A stretch of 32,000 bases of DNA from Candidatus Heimdallarchaeota archaeon (GTDB taxonomy: Archaea; Asgardarchaeota; Heimdallarchaeia; Heimdallarchaeales; Kariarchaeaceae): the NCBI GenBank assembly GCA_030149205.1, contig JASBSB010000001.1:660001-692000 (forward strand), read 5' to 3'. A model generated the notes under the pieces. It was not told the DNA's origin and made no database searches. It saw only the letters and a program-made list of their open reading frames with translations. Each line of letters opens with the position of its first letter. Position 1 is the stretch's first letter. Shown here in pieces: positions 22,994 to 32,000 of the stretch. Made by a program: the position numbers and the translations under genes.

Positions 22994-25834
22994 GTGAATT
23001 CTTTACGAGCAGGTGATCAGTATCTTGATGAGAGAGCTGAGGGAGTAAAGGAGATCATTAATGAACTAGTCCAATCAATTCTAATCGAACAGGCAGGACG
23101 TGAGGTGTTTCAGAGAGAAGAAACCATAGTTCTTCTGATTTCTAATTATACAGGTCAGGAAGGCTGGAGAGAATTTGTACAAGTTGAAAATGAGTTACAC
23201 ACAATCCCTTTGTTTCAGAAGTCCCTGATCATTCGCTCGTTAATTATCAAATTTGAGTTATTTGAATTGTTGCAGCAGGTTATACAGATATTGCAGCTTC
23301 AAGAAAACCGAGAGACCGGGTTAAAATCACTGGTTGAGCATGTGCATAAATTAGGGATAAATGACTCAGGGTTTGTTGAGATGCTTCACAAGTCACAATT
23401 TCAACTGATTTTTAGTTCTCATCCATTAGGGTTGGTTAGAACCAGTCATCTTAAGCTTCTCAAACAGACATCTATTATATTAGAAAAATTGCTAACTCAG
23501 GAGTTCAGCCTTTTTGAAAGAGAAAGAGAGATATCGAAACTACACGCTCTCTTGGTTCTAATTTGGAATTCTGAGGAAACATTCAGTGATCATTTTGAGG
23601 GCAATGAGCTTCAAAGGATCAAATATACTCAATTTTTTTTCAAAGAGACTATGATTTCAACTGTCACTAATTTTTATACCTCTCTAACAAATCTAGTTTC
23701 GGCAAAACTAGCAAGCGGGTATGGAGAGGGCAGAAAAAAGACCTTCAGTCTACCCCTGTTTCTAACTTTAGGATATTTGGTTGGGTCAAACATCAGTACC
23801 GATAGATTACTACCAAGTGATCACCCAATAAAGATAATTCTACTGCAAAAACGGCTTATTTTAAAAGACTATATTCAAGAGATAACTCAACTTCTTTCAA
23901 TTTTTTCAGTTAACTCTCATTACATGAAGGTAACCAGAGATTTAGACCTCAGTATTGAACAAGACAAGACAGAATTTCAAGAGTTTACATTTAGCACACA
24001 GGGCCTAAATATAGATGAGCCATATCGACAGAAGCTGGACTTTATTAGGTTAAAGTTGGAAAATACATTAAATTACACAGGACATATTGCAGAGGAGCTA
24101 GGATTAGAAAGAACAAAAATTGGGTATAACCCTCTAAAGATAGTGAGGTTAGGTGGAAAATACTATAAGAATTCTAAAGAGTTCTTGAAGGATTTAAAAC
24201 TAATAAATCATTCCCTCAAAATTAATAAAGGGAAATCCTTGTCAAACGAGTATATCCTCCCTCTTATGAATAAAGTAAGGGTTTTTGGATTTCATCTCGC
24301 ATCCCTAAATATACTGATAAACTCAAAATTTGTAACAAGTACATTTGATGACATAGCCACTCATCTTTATCCTAACAAGGACTCTCAAAGTCAGATTTTT
24401 GTAGAATCTGAGTTACGGAGTGTGCGTCCTCTCGGTATAGACAGTTTAATGTCAAGAAATGTTCTTAAAAGAGATTCTATTGATTTATTGGCACTACTCT
24501 TATCGATTAGATCCTGTGCCACGTACCTTTCTAGTTCGTCAGTTAATTCAATAGTCCTGACAAATTTAAAATCTGAATCTAGTATCTTTAAGCTTTTACT
24601 TCTATTAAAAGAGATCGGCTTGATAGAGGTTCAAGATGAAAGGGTTAGTAGAGTTGATGTGGGTATTATCATATCTATTGACACACCTGAGCTACTTTAT
24701 TCATCAGGTACATTCATATCTAATCTTTTTGAAAATCAGACATATAAGGAGTTTATCAAGAGAGGAGGGGGCATTCAAGAGGTTATGTTCGATTATACTG
24801 AACTCTCTAAGACTATAGGTTTGCTCAAAACAAGTGTAGAGTCTTATAAATTTCAACAGAGCTTATCCCTAATTGGCCAAAAACATGGAGTTAGATTTAG
24901 GTTCTTTCATGGAAGAGGAGGAGCAATTTCAAGAGGGGGGATTCCATCAAATTTTGCAATTCGAAGCTTACCTCTGGGAAGTTCGAGATTGCTAAAATTC
25001 TTAGAACAGGGGGAGTTATTTGAGAGCAAGTTTCTAAAGGGGGAATTGGCTTTTCAAGACTTAGAAGACGTGTTTCATGGAATTATTGTAAAGCGGTTGG
25101 ATGATAAGTTAATGAAGGGGAAATCTGGGGAGCTGAGTGAGAAAAAATTAGAAAAATTAGAATATCTAGCTGAAGTTGTCAATGGTAAATACAATGATCT
25201 TCTGGCTACAGATGGGTTCTTTGAATTTTTTGCTCAAATTACTCCAATCGAGCTACTAAACAAATTCTTCATTAATGAAGAGAGCAAAGAACTACCCAGA
25301 GATGTTGGGGAATTAAATCAAACAAATGGTAAACTTTGGATGACTGCATGGAATCATAACAGACTTATGATACCAATTTACTTTGGACTCGGTACGGCAA
25401 TCGAAAAATTTACAAGAAAATATGGGAAAGGAGAGCTACAGAATCTCTATAATTCCTCTAGGATATTTGCAACCTACATTGACCATGTGAACATGGTTCT
25501 AACCAAGGTAAACCTAAAGGTAGCACAGCAATATTTGTTACAAGCAAAAGACACACAGAACTCCAGAAGATTTTATAAAGAAATTACTACTGAATTTCAC
25601 CTTATTCAAAAATCATTCCAGTCTCTTAGAATTAATTCACTGACTGAACCAACTATTCAAAAACAAATCAACGAAAGAAACAGTCTTGTGGAACCATTAG
25701 AATTGATATTCACACATATGTTTAAGCTTTGGAGAACAGATTCTACAGTCGATCCACATGAAAAATCACTTATTGAACTAGATCTTCAAAGACTGCTTCG
25801 TGTTATAATGAATGGGTTGAGAAACACAGGATAA
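22994..25834 (+). CDS. ppc: Bacterial/plant-type phosphoenolpyruvate carboxylase homologue with a degenerate active site
   Basis: SSHP, EPYR.KL, FGFHLASL, QEVM, FHGRGG.ISRGG.P, EQGE, TPI, GLRNTG C-terminus; 946 aa uninterrupted ORF with a GTG start. Confidence 0.9.
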   Translation: MNSLRAGDQYLDERAEGVKEIINELVQSILIEQAGREVFQREETIVLLISNYTGQEGWREFVQVENELHTIPLFQKSLIIRSLIIKFELFELLQQVIQILQLQENRETGLKSLVEHVHKLGINDSGFVEMLHKSQFQLIFSSHPLGLVRTSHLKLLKQTSIILEKLLTQEFSLFEREREISKLHALLVLIWNSEETFSDHFEGNELQRIKYTQFFFKETMISTVTNFYTSLTNLVSAKLASGYGEGRKKTFSLPLFLTLGYLVGSNISTDRLLPSDHPIKIILLQKRLILKDYIQEITQLLSIFSVNSHYMKVTRDLDLSIEQDKTEFQEFTFSTQGLNIDEPYRQKLDFIRLKLENTLNYTGHIAEELGLERTKIGYNPLKIVRLGGKYYKNSKEFLKDLKLINHSLKINKGKSLSNEYILPLMNKVRVFGFHLASLNILINSKFVTSTFDDIATHLYPNKDSQSQIFVESELRSVRPLGIDSLMSRNVLKRDSIDLLALLLSIRSCATYLSSSSVNSIVLTNLKSESSIFKLLLLLKEIGLIEVQDERVSRVDVGIIISIDTPELLYSSGTFISNLFENQTYKEFIKRGGGIQEVMFDYTELSKTIGLLKTSVESYKFQQSLSLIGQKHGVRFRFFHGRGGAISRGGIPSNFAIRSLPLGSSRLLKFLEQGELFESKFLKGELAFQDLEDVFHGIIVKRLDDKLMKGKSGELSEKKLEKLEYLAEVVNGKYNDLLATDGFFEFFAQITPIELLNKFFINEESKELPRDVGELNQTNGKLWMTAWNHNRLMIPIYFGLGTAIEKFTRKYGKGELQNLYNSSRIFATYIDHVNMVLTKVNLKVAQQYLLQAKDTQNSRRFYKEITTEFHLIQKSFQSLRINSLTEPTIQKQINERNSLVEPLELIFTHMFKLWRTDSTVDPHEKSLIELDLQRLLRVIMNGLRNTG

Positions 25835-25897
25835 TAGAAAAGAATTTTTGATATAATTCGTGGGATTGGATATAAAAATTTTAAGCATTATATTATA

Positions 25898-26425
25898 TTG
25901 ATCAGTTACTTGTCTAAAAAAGCAAAGAAAACCAAAAATACACAAGCAGACAAAAATAGTTCCAAGAAGAGTGAACCACAAAATAATTTTTTCCAAAACT
26001 TCTTGTTCCTCACCCCCCCACAGAAGCTGTTTTTAACAGTGTTATCTATCTTTGTAGTATTTCAAATATGGAGTGCTGTGGTACTGGGGATTGTGATTGC
26101 TGGTGGAAGAAAAGTGGATATATTAGCAGGTAGTTTGTTCATTATAGTCTTTGTCGGTGGAATATTGGCCTGGTATGGATATTTCAATAATAAACCTCCC
26201 TTCCATCAGTTTATATATCCGACACTGCTGGCAAATCTTATTCTTTCATTTTCTTTTAACCCAAACAGTTTGCAAATATCATCTGTCAATTATTTTTACG
26301 TTCTTTACACCTTGTTCATGATTTATTTATTGATTAGATATCCCATCCCTGTCTCTCCATATTCTTCAATCTATAGAAGACCTAAAGGAAAAGCAAAGAA
26401 ACAACGATTTTTAAGACCGAAATAA
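25898..26425 (+). CDS. Hypothetical four-helix membrane protein with basic termini
   Basis: Hydrophobic segments flanked by K/R-rich ends; no family recognised. Confidence 0.65.
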   Translation: MISYLSKKAKKTKNTQADKNSSKKSEPQNNFFQNFLFLTPPQKLFLTVLSIFVVFQIWSAVVLGIVIAGGRKVDILAGSLFIIVFVGGILAWYGYFNNKPPFHQFIYPTLLANLILSFSFNPNSLQISSVNYFYVLYTLFMIYLLIRYPIPVSPYSSIYRRPKGKAKKQRFLRPK

Positions 26426-26538
26426 CCTTTGATTCAATTGAAATAAATAGTCACATAATTAACCTAACAATTTTGTTAAAAATAAAAAAAACCTCAATAA
26501 GATAACAATTCATATGTTTATTCGAACTTTAAGAAAAT

Positions 26539-28068
26539 TCAAAACTTGGATTCTTGGGATTTCAAACGAGAGATGACCATCCCAGTCAGATTGACAGGTT
26601 TGTAAGTATTTGCAACCTGTACTGCGTTAGAAAGCTTTGTCTCAGAGTTGGAGTAGATGGTGAACAGCGGATCACCCTCTTTGATGAAAGCCCCAAGTCT
26701 GGTGTGAATAACCATTCCACTCTCTTTCACAGAAGGTGTGCCGGCTGCTGAACATATTTGCTTCACCCCTCTGTTTGAGATTGATTTGACGTAACCATCA
26801 TGAGGGGCATAAACAGTCTGAGAATATGAACCGACAACAACCTTCTCAGAGGAAACTGTGGGGTCTCCGCCCTGAGCCTCAATAATTTCTTTAAATTTCT
26901 TTAATGCTTTACCACTCTTAATTAAATCCGCAGCCAGATTTAATCCTTTATTCTCACCAGCAAGACCTCCCATTTCGAGAAGATTTCCAGCAAGTTCAAT
27001 TGATTTGTTGTAGGCTAAATTGGTTCTTTTTCCTTCTAAGATCTCTAGTGCCTCTTTTGCCTCTAAAGCTGGTCCGATGTTTGAACCTATCGGTTGATCA
27101 CCCATTGTCATGACTGCCTCAACATTTATTCCAACTTTGCGACACAGACCAATCAGTTTATGACCAAAATCTAATCCCACTTTTGTTGAAGGCATTTTTG
27201 TGTATTTTCCTGTTGGGATATCAATAAGCAAATTGTTGATGCCCATTGCGACTTTGGTAGAGATTATAGCAGCAAGCATCTGATCCTGCGGATCAATATC
27301 CAAAAACTTCTTCACATTGACCACTATCTCATCCATTGGACTAAGCTTTAAAGGCCCATTATGAACTATCATGCCACGTACCTTAGGCGCAAGTTCTGTT
27401 ATCTCTTCCGGGGTAAAATTCACCTCTGCGAGCACGTTCATTGAATCAGCAGTTCCAGATGGAGAGGTAATTGCTTTACTGCTGGTTTTAGGTATAAGTA
27501 AACCCGCTGCTGCAACTACGGGGACAATAATCAATGACACCTTATTTCCGGGTACTCCTCCGATAGAATGTTTATCAAAGGTCTTTTCTTGAAAATCAAA
27601 TTGTGTTCCATATTCTGCCATACTGGTTGCAAACGACTCTAGCTCTCGATCTGTGTATCCTCTAAATTCACTGGTAAGGGCAAAGGTAGCAATTTCTAGG
27701 TTTGTGTAGACACGTCTAGAAATGTCCGCAACTATTGAATGTACCTGTTTAGTCTTCCATGGTTCTCCATGTATCCTGTTTTTCACATGATCAAAACTTT
27801 GAGGGGTTCTCCTATTGAAAACCACCACCACATCCCCATCCTTCACATTCAACCAATTGGCATCACGTTGAGAGATTCCTACGACATTATCCTCTATTAT
27901 CCCTTCTGTCACTACGGGAGCGGCAGAAAAAAGTTTATCGACAGTTTCATTTTTGATTGCCAATACTGCAGTGTGCTTAAATTTCAACTTGGATGCTGTG
28001 TTATGAGACATCATGACGATAGGCTCTACTGATCGAATATCTAAAATTTTAATGGGGAGGTTAATCAT
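26539..28068 (-). CDS. deoA: AMP (nucleoside monophosphate) phosphorylase
   Basis: N-terminal extension domain, DKHSIGGVPGNK, IPKTSSKAITSPSGTAD, PIG..IGPALEA.EAL, GDPLFTIYS. Confidence 0.93.
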   Translation of the reverse strand: MINLPIKILDIRSVEPIVMMSHNTASKLKFKHTAVLAIKNETVDKLFSAAPVVTEGIIEDNVVGISQRDANWLNVKDGDVVVVFNRRTPQSFDHVKNRIHGEPWKTKQVHSIVADISRRVYTNLEIATFALTSEFRGYTDRELESFATSMAEYGTQFDFQEKTFDKHSIGGVPGNKVSLIIVPVVAAAGLLIPKTSSKAITSPSGTADSMNVLAEVNFTPEEITELAPKVRGMIVHNGPLKLSPMDEIVVNVKKFLDIDPQDQMLAAIISTKVAMGINNLLIDIPTGKYTKMPSTKVGLDFGHKLIGLCRKVGINVEAVMTMGDQPIGSNIGPALEAKEALEILEGKRTNLAYNKSIELAGNLLEMGGLAGENKGLNLAADLIKSGKALKKFKEIIEAQGGDPTVSSEKVVVGSYSQTVYAPHDGYVKSISNRGVKQICSAAGTPSVKESGMVIHTRLGAFIKEGDPLFTIYSNSETKLSNAVQVANTYKPVNLTGMVISRLKSQESKF

Positions 28069-28256
28069 CAAAGAAAATTGGTATTCTAGTATTTGAATTG
28101 TAGCTTATGAAAACAATGTCAATTAAAAGTTTTAAGCTTATTTAATCGAATGGCTAGATAAAAACCTATTACGTTGTTAAGATTCTCAAAGAAAAAGACG
28201 CAAATTTATTTGTGATATTCATCAACTGTATATAACTAGCTTTCTGGGTTAGATAA

Positions 28257-29435
28257 ATGATAGAATTAAAGATTCCCAAAAATACTGATGTTTTCAAGCC
28301 AAATTCTCCTGGAGAGAAGTTGAACTCAGGCGAATTATCAAAGCGAATCAAGGAATCAATAATTATTCAAGAACTAAAGGAAAAGCCCACCTTGCTTATA
28401 ATCAATGATCATCATAGATCTACACCAACCAAGGTTATTGCAGATATCTTGCTTGCGCAAGATGACCTCAGAATAGAAGAGGTAATTATTGCCACAGGTA
28501 CCCATAAAAGTCCAAAAATAGATGAACTTCGTGACCTTATAGATGGTCAGCTGTCCAACCTTCAGCTTACAATCCATGATGGACATTTACCCCTTGAAGA
28601 ATATGTATTTTTGGGATACACCAGTCGTCAAACACCGATATACATTAACCCAATTGTCATTAAATATAAACAGATCCTTGCAATAAATTCGGTTGAACCC
28701 CATTATTTTGCAGGATTTACTGGTGGATTTAAATCAATAGTACCTGGACTTGCTTCGATCACCACGGTCGAAAAAAATCATTCTTGGGCTTTAGATCCAA
28801 ATTCTCTCCCAACGAAAGTCCCAGGAAATCCTCTTCAGGATGACCTATGGGAAATTTATGAAAAATTGGTTGATCATCACCTATTGGGTATTCAATTGGT
28901 AAGCGTTGGTGAAGATATTTATGAGATAGATATTGGAGAGTTAAAGGAAGCATATTTTAACGCATTGAACACATCATTGAGTATCTTTGCGCATAAAGCA
29001 GATGTTGAGTACGATATCATAATTTCAATTGTGAACCCTCCATTGGACAGGAGTCTCTATCAGGCACAAAAGGGTTTGGAGAATGTCCGAGGAGCTCTAA
29101 AAAAAGGGGGCACAATTATCCTTGTAGCACGATGTACTGAGGGAATAGGAAATGATGCCTTCTATACCACACTAAAAAAATATGATACTGTGGATGGAGT
29201 GATTGTTTCTCTTAATCGTGAAAATTACAGATTTGGGGATCATAAGGCACATAAGTTTGCGACATTAGCGAAGTACTCAAAATTATTTATCCTTTCAGAT
29301 TTAACAGTTGAAGAAACAGAGAACGTTTTTGCAAAAAAAATCTCACTAGAAGAAGTAAATGAGTTGTTGGCCTCCACAGAGGATAAAAATGTAGCTCTTG
29401 TTCTTGATTCTGGGATAACTGTCCTTTACAAATAG
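28257..29435 (+). CDS. larA: LarA-family nickel-pincer-dependent racemase/epimerase
   Basis: DHHRS, ATGTH, EPHYFAGFTGG.KSIVPG, NH, LYQAQKG, KKGG.II. Confidence 0.88.
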   Translation: MIELKIPKNTDVFKPNSPGEKLNSGELSKRIKESIIIQELKEKPTLLIINDHHRSTPTKVIADILLAQDDLRIEEVIIATGTHKSPKIDELRDLIDGQLSNLQLTIHDGHLPLEEYVFLGYTSRQTPIYINPIVIKYKQILAINSVEPHYFAGFTGGFKSIVPGLASITTVEKNHSWALDPNSLPTKVPGNPLQDDLWEIYEKLVDHHLLGIQLVSVGEDIYEIDIGELKEAYFNALNTSLSIFAHKADVEYDIIISIVNPPLDRSLYQAQKGLENVRGALKKGGTIILVARCTEGIGNDAFYTTLKKYDTVDGVIVSLNRENYRFGDHKAHKFATLAKYSKLFILSDLTVEETENVFAKKISLEEVNELLASTEDKNVALVLDSGITVLYK

Positions 29436-29508
29436 CCAATCCGTTTTTAATCTTTTGTTGGTAATGTTGTCGCTATGTATTTATTCTATTGATTGAAGAG
29501 AATTTAGT

Positions 29509-30348
29509 TTGGTCAAAATAGTTACTGATTCTGCTTCGGATTTACCAATTGAATTCCAAGAAAGGTATAACATAACAGTTGTGCCATCAAGAATTTGGTT
29601 TGGGTCTGAATCCTACCTTGATGGTGTTGATATCTCAACCTCTCAATTTTTGTCAATTCTCCAAAAGAATCCTCTAATTCCAAGGACCACTCATGCAAAA
29701 CCAAGCATGTTTATGAAAGCATTTGAGTCAGATAATGAGCCTGTGTTAGCTATATTAACCTCAAGCAAATTATCCCCCTTTTACAGCTCAGCGGAATATG
29801 CAGTGTTTCAGGCGGGTTTAACTCATGTTACATTATTTGATTCCATGAATGTAAGTGCGGCACTTTCAACATTCGTAATTTTTGCTGCTGAAATGGTTCA
29901 GAAAGGATATTCTATAAGGGAGATCGTGAGGGTTTTAGATGATTTACGCAAAAGAACACGATCATTTATCATGTTTGATACATTAAAGTATGTTGTGAGA
30001 GGCGGAAGAACATCAAGTACTCAAGGGTTAATTGTGAGTGCGCTTAACCTAAAACCAATACTATCTATTGATGAGGGGTTATTGGAGTCACATACAGTCG
30101 CTTTTGGATATTCTAAAGGAATGGATAAACTAATTGATTTAACTAGAAATGAGTTTCATCCAAACGAACCACTTTATTGCAATGTAGTCTACGCTGGAAA
30201 TCCCCTTGACGCTCAACAATTAACTTCCAAGGTAAAAGACCAGTTAAGGTGTAAAACATTAAGAACAAGCTCAATTGGTCCTAGTGTTGCCAGTAATACA
30301 GGCCCTGGTGCATTGGGAGTTATGACAGTGCCTTATCCAAATTTCTGA
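29509..30348 (+). CDS. DegV-family fatty-acid-binding protein (TTG start)
   Basis: KIVTDSASDLP, SSKLS..YSSA, DS...S, TLKY..RGGR, LNLKPIL, IGP.VA..TGPGALG. Confidence 0.92.
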   Translation: MVKIVTDSASDLPIEFQERYNITVVPSRIWFGSESYLDGVDISTSQFLSILQKNPLIPRTTHAKPSMFMKAFESDNEPVLAILTSSKLSPFYSSAEYAVFQAGLTHVTLFDSMNVSAALSTFVIFAAEMVQKGYSIREIVRVLDDLRKRTRSFIMFDTLKYVVRGGRTSSTQGLIVSALNLKPILSIDEGLLESHTVAFGYSKGMDKLIDLTRNEFHPNEPLYCNVVYAGNPLDAQQLTSKVKDQLRCKTLRTSSIGPSVASNTGPGALGVMTVPYPNF

Positions 30349-30366
30349 GGATAAGATCAGAAGTTC

Positions 30367-31440
30367 ATGAAAGTCAAACAGAAAAATAAATCCAAAAACA
30401 CCTTTATCATTACACCTGAGACTGAAGAAGACATATATCAATTGTTTTTAAAGATCAGGATTGGTGATCTGGTTGGAAGCCGTACAACAAGAAAAATTAC
30501 CCTACAGCAAAACGAGGGAAAGTCTGCAAAGGTTACCAGAGAATTGGTTTTTTTGGTTGTAAGGTGTGAAAGGCTAGAATACAAGGGACTTGGTGACCAT
30601 ATTAAAGTCAGTGGACCTATAGTTGAGTCATCAGATGACAAAATCTCTCTACATTCACATCATAGCATCAGCATCGCTCCACTTCAAGACGTGGAATTAA
30701 CTCGAGAAGTTTGGACTGATGGAGATATAGATGATCTTTATACTGAGAAAGATACAATTGGAAAAAGTGTGTTTATACTGGTGATTTCTGAGTCAGAGGC
30801 GATTTTTGCTAAATTTGGCAGAATTGCTATCAGAATACTGGCTCAGGTCACACCATCCATCCCCCGAAAATCATCATCCTCAACACAACATCAAGAGGCA
30901 CTTGAAAGGTATTTTGATGAATTGGAAGAATTAGGGTTACGATATCTGGATGAAATGGAAAAACTGGTTTTATTGGGGACTGGGTTCACGAAAAACAATT
31001 TTAAAGATTACCTAGATTCAAAGCCTTCAAAGCTCGTGAGACTTTTGGAGGTTAAAGATACCCTTTCAGAGGGTAAAAACGCACTTACAGAGTATGTTAG
31101 GAGCATTACTGAAACTGATGACCCCAACTTCAAGAACGCTGTTGAACAAGTTAATTACACTGACAAGCTTTTAGAGGAGCTTGGTAGAGATTCAGGAAAG
31201 GTTGCCTATGGAGTGGATCATATTGAGAAGGTAATTGAGATGGGAGCAGTAGATGTCCTGATAATATTAGATGAATTAATCTATTCAGAACCACTTAATA
31301 GAGAACAGATGGAAAAGATAATCGATAAAACTAAGAAGTATGGTGGAACTGTATTTATAGCCAAGGCAAACCTCCCCAATAGTGAGGTAATAAAAGGATT
31401 AGGAGGGCTAGTAGGCTTGTTGAGGTTTCCTGTGGATTAA
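30367..31440 (+). CDS. pelA: Ribosome rescue factor pelota/Dom34
   Basis: PETEEDIYQL...I..GDLV...TTRKI, HHSISI, GKVAYG...I......GAVD.L, LGGLVGLLRF. Confidence 0.93.
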   Translation: MKVKQKNKSKNTFIITPETEEDIYQLFLKIRIGDLVGSRTTRKITLQQNEGKSAKVTRELVFLVVRCERLEYKGLGDHIKVSGPIVESSDDKISLHSHHSISIAPLQDVELTREVWTDGDIDDLYTEKDTIGKSVFILVISESEAIFAKFGRIAIRILAQVTPSIPRKSSSSTQHQEALERYFDELEELGLRYLDEMEKLVLLGTGFTKNNFKDYLDSKPSKLVRLLEVKDTLSEGKNALTEYVRSITETDDPNFKNAVEQVNYTDKLLEELGRDSGKVAYGVDHIEKVIEMGAVDVLIILDELIYSEPLNREQMEKIIDKTKKYGGTVFIAKANLPNSEVIKGLGGLVGLLRFPVD

Positions 31441-31961
31441 TGTGCATGATAAAAAAGCTTGTCTGAATAATGTGTCCTTTCAACGAATGATTGAGAGACA
31501 AAATCTTCAAGTATATCTCGAACTTGTTTTTTGGTAAGCTGAGGTAAAGAATCCATAATATCTGCCTCAGAAACCATTGATCCATCAGTTCCTGCTTGCA
31601 ATTTCAAGATACATAAAGCAACAGAAAGTTCATCCTCAGTTAAAGATTTTTTGACATTCCAGTCATCCAGAGATGGAAATGAAGACTGAATCTCTTGAAT
31701 AAATACATCTAATGCTTTTCTGACAACATCCTGAACACTAAAAACCAAAAATTGTGTCCTCACAAATTTTTTTAAGAGAAGATTTTGAATATGTACAAAA
31801 TATTCAGGGTCAATTTTAATTCCCTCATTTGAACTTGCAACAGATATACAATACCTGATGCATTCTGTGTTTGTCTTAAAGTTATGCTCCTTTTTTATCC
31901 TTTGAAACAGCTCGACCTGATCATCATCTAGCTCAATCCTCAGGCTTAAACTTTTATCCAT
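31437..31961 (-). CDS. Putative DNA-binding protein (RHH-like N-terminus, winged-helix-like C-terminus)
   Basis: LSLRIELDDDQVELFQRIK...TNTECIRYCI resembles a ribbon-helix-helix; LTEDELSVALCIL...VSEADIM..L..LT..QVRDILEDF resembles a wHTH. Confidence 0.55.
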   Translation of the reverse strand: MDKSLSLRIELDDDQVELFQRIKKEHNFKTNTECIRYCISVASSNEGIKIDPEYFVHIQNLLLKKFVRTQFLVFSVQDVVRKALDVFIQEIQSSFPSLDDWNVKKSLTEDELSVALCILKLQAGTDGSMVSEADIMDSLPQLTKKQVRDILEDFVSQSFVERTHYSDKLFYHAH

Positions 31962-32000
31962 AAAATTTTACCAGATTAATTCCCTAAAAATATAACAGGT

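Noticed and set aside
3005-31585. The many short ORFs antisense to or nested in recognised genes (e.g. 3408-3677, 5986-6192, 10158-10592, 11387-11833, 27371-27592)
   Set aside because: They overlap confidently identified genes, lack recognisable motifs and are expected shadows.
1-32000. CRISPR array, tRNA/rRNA genes, transposase or integrase
   Set aside because: No regularly spaced repeats, RNA-gene signatures or recombinase motifs were seen by eye; a tRNAscan-SE/Infernal run would be needed to exclude small RNAs.

Overview
Archaeal, AT-rich genomic window; gene content and sequence style suggest an Asgard (Heimdallarchaeia-like) archaeon, which is inference only. It is mostly housekeeping: four scattered ribosomal-protein blocks (eL32-eL19-uL18-uS5-uL30-uL15; uL1-uL10-aP1; uS19-uL22-cbf5-thiL; lone eL14), two tandem purP paralogues, Sec61beta, cyclophilin, dCMP deaminase, AMP phosphorylase, LarA, DegV and pelota. 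The most notable signals are: (1) a two-gene, split homologue of the eukaryotic ribosomal prolyl hydroxylase OGFOD1/Tpa1/Ofd1, including its catalytically dead C-terminal domain, downstream of a site-2 protease; (2) a full-length bacterial-type PEP carboxylase that has lost PEP/bicarbonate-binding arginines but keeps the whole aspartate allosteric site (candidate pseudoenzyme sensor); (3) a uL1-binding RNA motif in the rpl1 5' UTR that occludes the Shine-Dalgarno, with an apparent AUA start codon; (4) a strand-specific multi-helix RNA leader in front of rpl32e; (5) a small AT-rich, translationally coupled three-gene cassette of unknown function. No tRNA, rRNA, CRISPR array or transposase was found. 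All family assignments come from recalled motifs, not from database searches.
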